Positions 60,226-64,000 of a DNA stretch of 64,000 nt are shown here, one piece after another. The position numbers and the translations under genes were made by a program. This DNA comes from an uncultured Methylomirabilota bacterium (lineage in GTDB: Bacteria > Methylomirabilota > Methylomirabilia > Methylomirabilales > 2-02-FULL-66-22). Within the stretch, counting starts at the first letter, position 1, and the number at the start of each line of letters is the position of its first letter. The stretch lies in assembly GCA_963705305.1 (NCBI GenBank), contig OY970067.1, forward strand, positions 3,904,001 to 3,968,000, read 5' to 3'. The notes under the pieces are model-generated. The model was not told where the DNA came from. It was given only the letters and a program-made list of their open reading frames with translations, and did no database searches.

Positions 60226-60635
60226 ACCGCCAAGACGCCAAGGCCTTCAAGGTCGAGCCAAGCAAGGATGTGGACGAACTAGCTCGATCGGTGATCGGGG
60301 CAGCAATCGAGGTGCATCGGCACCTTGGGCCGGGGTTTCTCGAAGGCGTATACGAGGAAGCGCTCGTAGTTGAACTGAGTCTCCGCTCGATCCCCTTCGA
60401 AAGACAGTTGCCCGTCCCGGTTCACTACAAGACGCACCGTGTGGGGAAAGGGCGTGTCGACCTGCTGGTGGGAGGTGAGCTTCTGGTGGAGTTGAAGGCA
60501 GTCGATGCGCTTGCTCCGATCCATAAAGCGCAGGTGATTTCGTATCTTAAGGCTATGGGATTGCATCTTGGTCTGCTCATCAACTTCAACGCATCCGTCC
60601 TCAAAGATGGAATACAACGAATTGTCCTTTCCTGA
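60222..60635 (+). CDS. GxxExxY protein (PD-(D/E)XK nuclease fold)
   Basis: IGAAIEVH..LGPGFLEGVY, RVDLLV..LVELKAV, AQVISYL, GLLINF. Confidence 0.93.
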   Translation: MNRQDAKAFKVEPSKDVDELARSVIGAAIEVHRHLGPGFLEGVYEEALVVELSLRSIPFERQLPVPVHYKTHRVGKGRVDLLVGGELLVELKAVDALAPIHKAQVISYLKAMGLHLGLLINFNASVLKDGIQRIVLS

Positions 60636-60669
60636 TCTAGCCCATGGAATCCTTGGCGCCTTGGCGGTT
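60225..60669. mobile_element. putative GxxExxY element bounded by 19-bp inverted repeats
   Basis: AACCGCCAAGACGCCAAGG (60225-60243) and CCTTGGCGCCTTGGCGGTT (60651-60669), 18/19 reverse-complementary. Confidence 0.65.
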
Positions 60670-60684
60670 GTTCGTAAGTATTCC

Positions 60685-60713
60685 TTGACTCTCCATGGGA
60701 GTTTTCGTAGTAT
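60685..60713 (+). promoter_or_regulatory. promoter of tRNA-fMet
   Basis: TTGACT-17nt-TAGTAT. Confidence 0.7.
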
Positions 60714-60718
60714 ACCTC

Positions 60719-60795
<77 letters not shown>

Positions 60796-60804
60796 AATAA
60801 AATC

Positions 60805-60839
60805 AATGGGTTACGCGAATTTCGCGGAACCCATTTTTT
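60805..60839 (+). terminator. tRNA terminator overlapping an IHF-consensus site (60801-60813)
   Basis: AATGGGTT-a-CGCGAA-t-TTCGCG-g-AACCCATT followed by TTTT; AATCAATGGGTTA fits WATCAANNNNTTR. Confidence 0.75.
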
Positions 60840-61451
60840 GTTGGAAAATGCCCAGCCGGCCCATGTTCCGTTTCTTCCTGCTTGTGAATTTCTGAGTCGG
60901 GGTCGCGAAACAGTACTGCCATAGCCCGTAGGCAATTAACGGGTACCGTCAGCGCCGATCGCCACGGCACCATAGGCTCGCCCAGCTGCCCACCTCACGT
61001 CTTACGAATTGCGGGGGCAACACCCGCCATCCTTGAAGAAAAAGTTGAGGGCGGTTCTTTTTCCTGCAAACCCAGGCCCCATATCCTTCACCCACAGTCT
61101 CCTTACAAGGCTGCTTTAGCTCTTACCCAAACATCTCCCTGAGCTCCTGCCATAGTTTTTCAGGATCATCACATAGGTCGATCAAGCTAACTCCAAGACT
61201 ATGCGGGGACCTTCCGCGACGACGGCCGAAGGCCGTGTGCTACAAGGGCTTAGTTTTCAGCGGTCATGCCGATCTCGGCATGACTGATGAAGCCTGGTCA
61301 CTTTCAACGTGGCGCTTCCAGCCTTGCGGCTACCGGGTGGAGGCTGTCCCGCTGCTCGGCCGGAAAAGCGCCAAGAAGGGCCTCACCGTGGAGGAAGGGG
61401 AAGCGGTGTGCAGCCGAGGAGACTGCCCGATTCTCTCGCCCACGATCGCTC

Positions 61452-61508
61452 CATCCACCGGACATCCACCGGACAGCTATTGACAGGCGCGCACGAAACC
61501 GATAGGTT
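61452..61508 (+). promoter_or_regulatory. promoter preceded by an 11-bp tandem repeat
   Basis: CATCCACCGGA x2 (61452-61473), then TTGACA (61480)-17nt-TAGGTT. Confidence 0.55.
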
Positions 61509-61644
61509 CAACCAGTACCTCGTCTCCTGTGAGCGGACCCCCGGAAGAGGTGTCGCCAAAACTTATAAACACAGCAACGTATGACCCCGAAAACAGTGTC
61601 TGAGTTCTGTAGTTTGCGTGATCGAGAGGAGGAGGGGCTACCCC

Positions 61645-64000
61645 ATGCCGAGCCTACTTCGCCTTCTGATCCTCGAAGACAGTCCGACTGACGCCGGGGT
61701 GATGGTACGCCACCTCCGGGAAGCCGGCTACGCCCCCGACTGGCAACGGGTGGAAACTGAGGCGGAGTTTCTCGCCCACCTCGAACCCAACCTCGACCTT
61801 CTCCTCATCGACTACACCCTGCCGGACTTGAAGGGCCGTCGGGCGCTAGAGATCCTGCGCGATCGAGGCTGGGAGATTCCGTCTATCATCGTCACCGACA
61901 CCGTCAGTGACGAGAGCGCGCTCGAATTCTTGCAGCTCGGGGCGGTTGACTACCTTCTCAAGGATCGCCTGACCCGTCTCGGCGCAGCCGTCCGACGTGC
62001 CCTCGCCCAGCGGACCACGCAGCGCGAGAGGGTAGCGGCCGAAGCAGCCTGGCAAGCGAGCGAGGCCCGCCTGCGCTTCCTCGCCGATGTGGTGGAGAAA
62101 AGCTCGCAGCCGTTCGAGGTCGGCTACCCGGATGGGCGCGTGGGGATCTGTAACGCCGCGCTATGCACGCTACTCGGATACAGCCAAGCCGAATTGCGGG
62201 CGCTGGACTGGTCGCGCGATCTGACTCCGCGCGAATGGCGAGTATCCGAAACAGAGCGGCTGGCCGAATTACGACGCACGGGGCAACCGGTGCGCTACGA
62301 GAAGGAGTGCCTCCGAAAGGATGGCTCGCGCATCCCGGTGGAAGTTCTGGTGCATCTCGCCCGCGATGCCGCCGACAGCCCACCCTATTACTACGTGTTT
62401 CTCACCGACCTCACCGAACGCAAGCGGGCAGAGCAAGCCACGGCCGAGCGCACACGCCAACTCGAAGCGGTCCACGCCAGCACAACGCAGATCACCCAGG
62501 AGTTAGGCCTCTCCACTCTTTTGCATCTCATCATCTACCACGCGACGGAGTTGACGCGCGCCGTTTCGGGGGTGGTCTACCTCTGGGACGGAGCGGCGCA
62601 AAGCCTTTCGCCACGGGCCTGGCGCGGCTATGGGGACTGGGTGGGGAGCGTGCATCTCGCACTTGGCCAAGGTCTTACCGGGGTCGTCGCAGAACGCCGC
62701 CAGGGGATGATCATCAATGATTACCAGACCTCGCCGTATGCACACCCGCTCTTTCTGGCACGGACCGGGATCACCGCCGCTGTTGCAGAACCCCTCCTAT
62801 TCAAGGACAGGCTCATGGGTGTTATCGTGGTCAGCGGTGAGGGGACTGGCCGACGCTTTACGGAGCAGGATCGCAGCATCCTCGCGCTCTTCGCCGCCGC
62901 TGCGGCCATCGCTATCGAGAATGCGTGGCTGTTCGCCACAGAGCAGGAGCGGTGGATGCAGGTTGAGGCGGTCCGGACCGTCTCTGTGGAGATTACTCGC
63001 GAGCTGGACCTCACCGCCCTGCTCCGGCTCGTGACGCAACGCGCTGTCGAGCTGTTGGCGGCCACCTCGGGAACGCTGTTCCTGTGGCAGAGCGAGGCCC
63101 AGTTGCTCGCCCCGCGGGCCCAGTATGGCCTTGGCGACTGGCCGGCGGATCTGCCCTTGCGGCTCGGTGAGGATGTAGCCGGGGCGGTGGCCGAACGGCG
63201 CGAGGGTTTGATTGTCAACGAGTACCGCACGTCTCCGTACGCGCTTCCGGTTGTCCTGGAGCACAGCGGGGTCACTGCCGTTGTCGCCGAACCATTGGTA
63301 TACTGGGATCGACTCCTGGGAGTCATTGCGCTCAGTGATCGAAGGCCGGGCCGCTCATTTACGGAGGGCGATCGCCGCCGCCTCCGCCTCTTCGCCTATC
63401 CCGCCGCCATCGCGATCGAGAACGCGAGACTCTTTCAATCCCTGAGCGATCAGCGAGCGCTCCTGCGGTCTCTGAGTGGTCGGCTTGTCGAGACGGCCGA
63501 AGGCGAGCGACGGCAGCTGGCGCTGGAGCTCCATGATCAGGTCGGACAGAAGCTGACGGTGCTCGGCCTTAACCTAGGCATCCTGCGGACACATCTGGCC
63601 GACCCTGGAAATGTCACGCTCCTCCCCCGCCTGGATGACTCGATGAAGCTTGTTGAACAGATCGCCGAGCGTATCCAGGACGTCATGGTCGAACTGCGGC
63701 CGCCCGCGTTAGACGAATTCGGCCTCATGGCCGCGCTCCGGTGGTATGGGAAGCAGTTCGCCTCTCGATCCGGGATCGGCACCCAGGTCAGGGGCGAAGA
63801 GCCCTTGCCCCGCCTGAGCCCCTCGGTCGAAATCGCCCTCTTCCGCATCGCCCAGGAGGCCATGACCAACGTCGTCAAACACGCCCAGGCGACCCAGGTG
63901 TCCGTGGTTCTGGAGACGGAGGAGCACCGGGTGCGGCTGAGCATTGCCGACGACGGGGTCGGTATCCGTACAGCGCAGTCACTTGGGGCCAACCGCCAAC
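61645..64000 (+). CDS. hybrid sensor histidine kinase REC-PAS-GAF-GAF-HisKA_3-HATPase (3' end outside window; not in the ORF track)
   Basis: manual translation from ATG 61645 (RBS GGAGGAGG): LLILEDS..LLIDYTLP..GAVDYLLK; RKDGSRIPVEV..DLTERK; two GAF repeats ending AIAIENA; ERRQLALELHDQVGQ; QEAMTNVVKHA; IADDGVG. Confidence 0.92.
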   Translation, partial: MPSLLRLLILEDSPTDAGVMVRHLREAGYAPDWQRVETEAEFLAHLEPNLDLLLIDYTLPDLKGRRALEILRDRGWEIPSIIVTDTVSDESALEFLQLGAVDYLLKDRLTRLGAAVRRALAQRTTQRERVAAEAAWQASEARLRFLADVVEKSSQPFEVGYPDGRVGICNAALCTLLGYSQAELRALDWSRDLTPREWRVSETERLAELRRTGQPVRYEKECLRKDGSRIPVEVLVHLARDAADSPPYYYVFLTDLTERKRAEQATAERTRQLEAVHASTTQITQELGLSTLLHLIIYHATELTRAVSGVVYLWDGAAQSLSPRAWRGYGDWVGSVHLALGQGLTGVVAERRQGMIINDYQTSPYAHPLFLARTGITAAVAEPLLFKDRLMGVIVVSGEGTGRRFTEQDRSILALFAAAAAIAIENAWLFATEQERWMQVEAVRTVSVEITRELDLTALLRLVTQRAVELLAATSGTLFLWQSEAQLLAPRAQYGLGDWPADLPLRLGEDVAGAVAERREGLIVNEYRTSPYALPVVLEHSGVTAVVAEPLVYWDRLLGVIALSDRRPGRSFTEGDRRRLRLFAYPAAIAIENARLFQSLSDQRALLRSLSGRLVETAEGERRQLALELHDQVGQKLTVLGLNLGILRTHLADPGNVTLLPRLDDSMKLVEQIAERIQDVMVELRPPALDEFGLMAALRWYGKQFASRSGIGTQVRGEEPLPRLSPSVEIALFRIAQEAMTNVVKHAQATQVSVVLETEEHRVRLSIADDGVGIRTAQSLGANRQ

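Overview
GC-rich bacterial chromosomal window, mostly core genes on the + strand. Gene order and sequence style suggest Methylomirabilota (NC10) or a Deltaproteobacteria-like lineage; this is a low-confidence inference. Content: alaS(partial)-psd-pssA-leuA-asd-truA, leuS-lptE, rpsT, murJ, ilvB-ilvN-ilvC, miaA-aroA-cmk-plsC-rpsA-ihfB, a class III nucleotidyl cyclase-HIT-DUF151 run, an RtcA-GNAT fusion, Crp, a Na/Pi transporter, ppsR, galT, a PPIase, tRNA-Leu(CAG), a TPR/DUF4388 cluster, DegQ, a sigma factor, an HD-GYP regulator, pcm, YhaM, a rhomboid, a threonine synthase with an extra C-terminal module, ruvX-mltG, an SPFH/Zn-ribbon operon, rlmN, a GxxExxY nuclease gene, tRNA-fMet, and a hybrid histidine kinase that runs off the end and is absent from the ORF track. 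Top candidates: (1) the GxxExxY PD-(D/E)XK gene is bracketed by 19-bp inverted repeats (18/19 match) and looks like a minimal nuclease-only mobile element; (2) the threonine synthase carries a LeuA/CimA-type allosteric module; (3) RtcA is fused in frame to an ArgA-like acetyltransferase; (4) a MITE contains a nested REP-like hairpin; (5) a YdjI/YdjG-like SPFH-Zn-ribbon operon lacks an obvious PspA. At least four single-base frameshifts (cmk, cyclase, two in ppsR) suggest uncorrected indel errors in the assembly. All family calls come from motif recognition by eye, not database searches.
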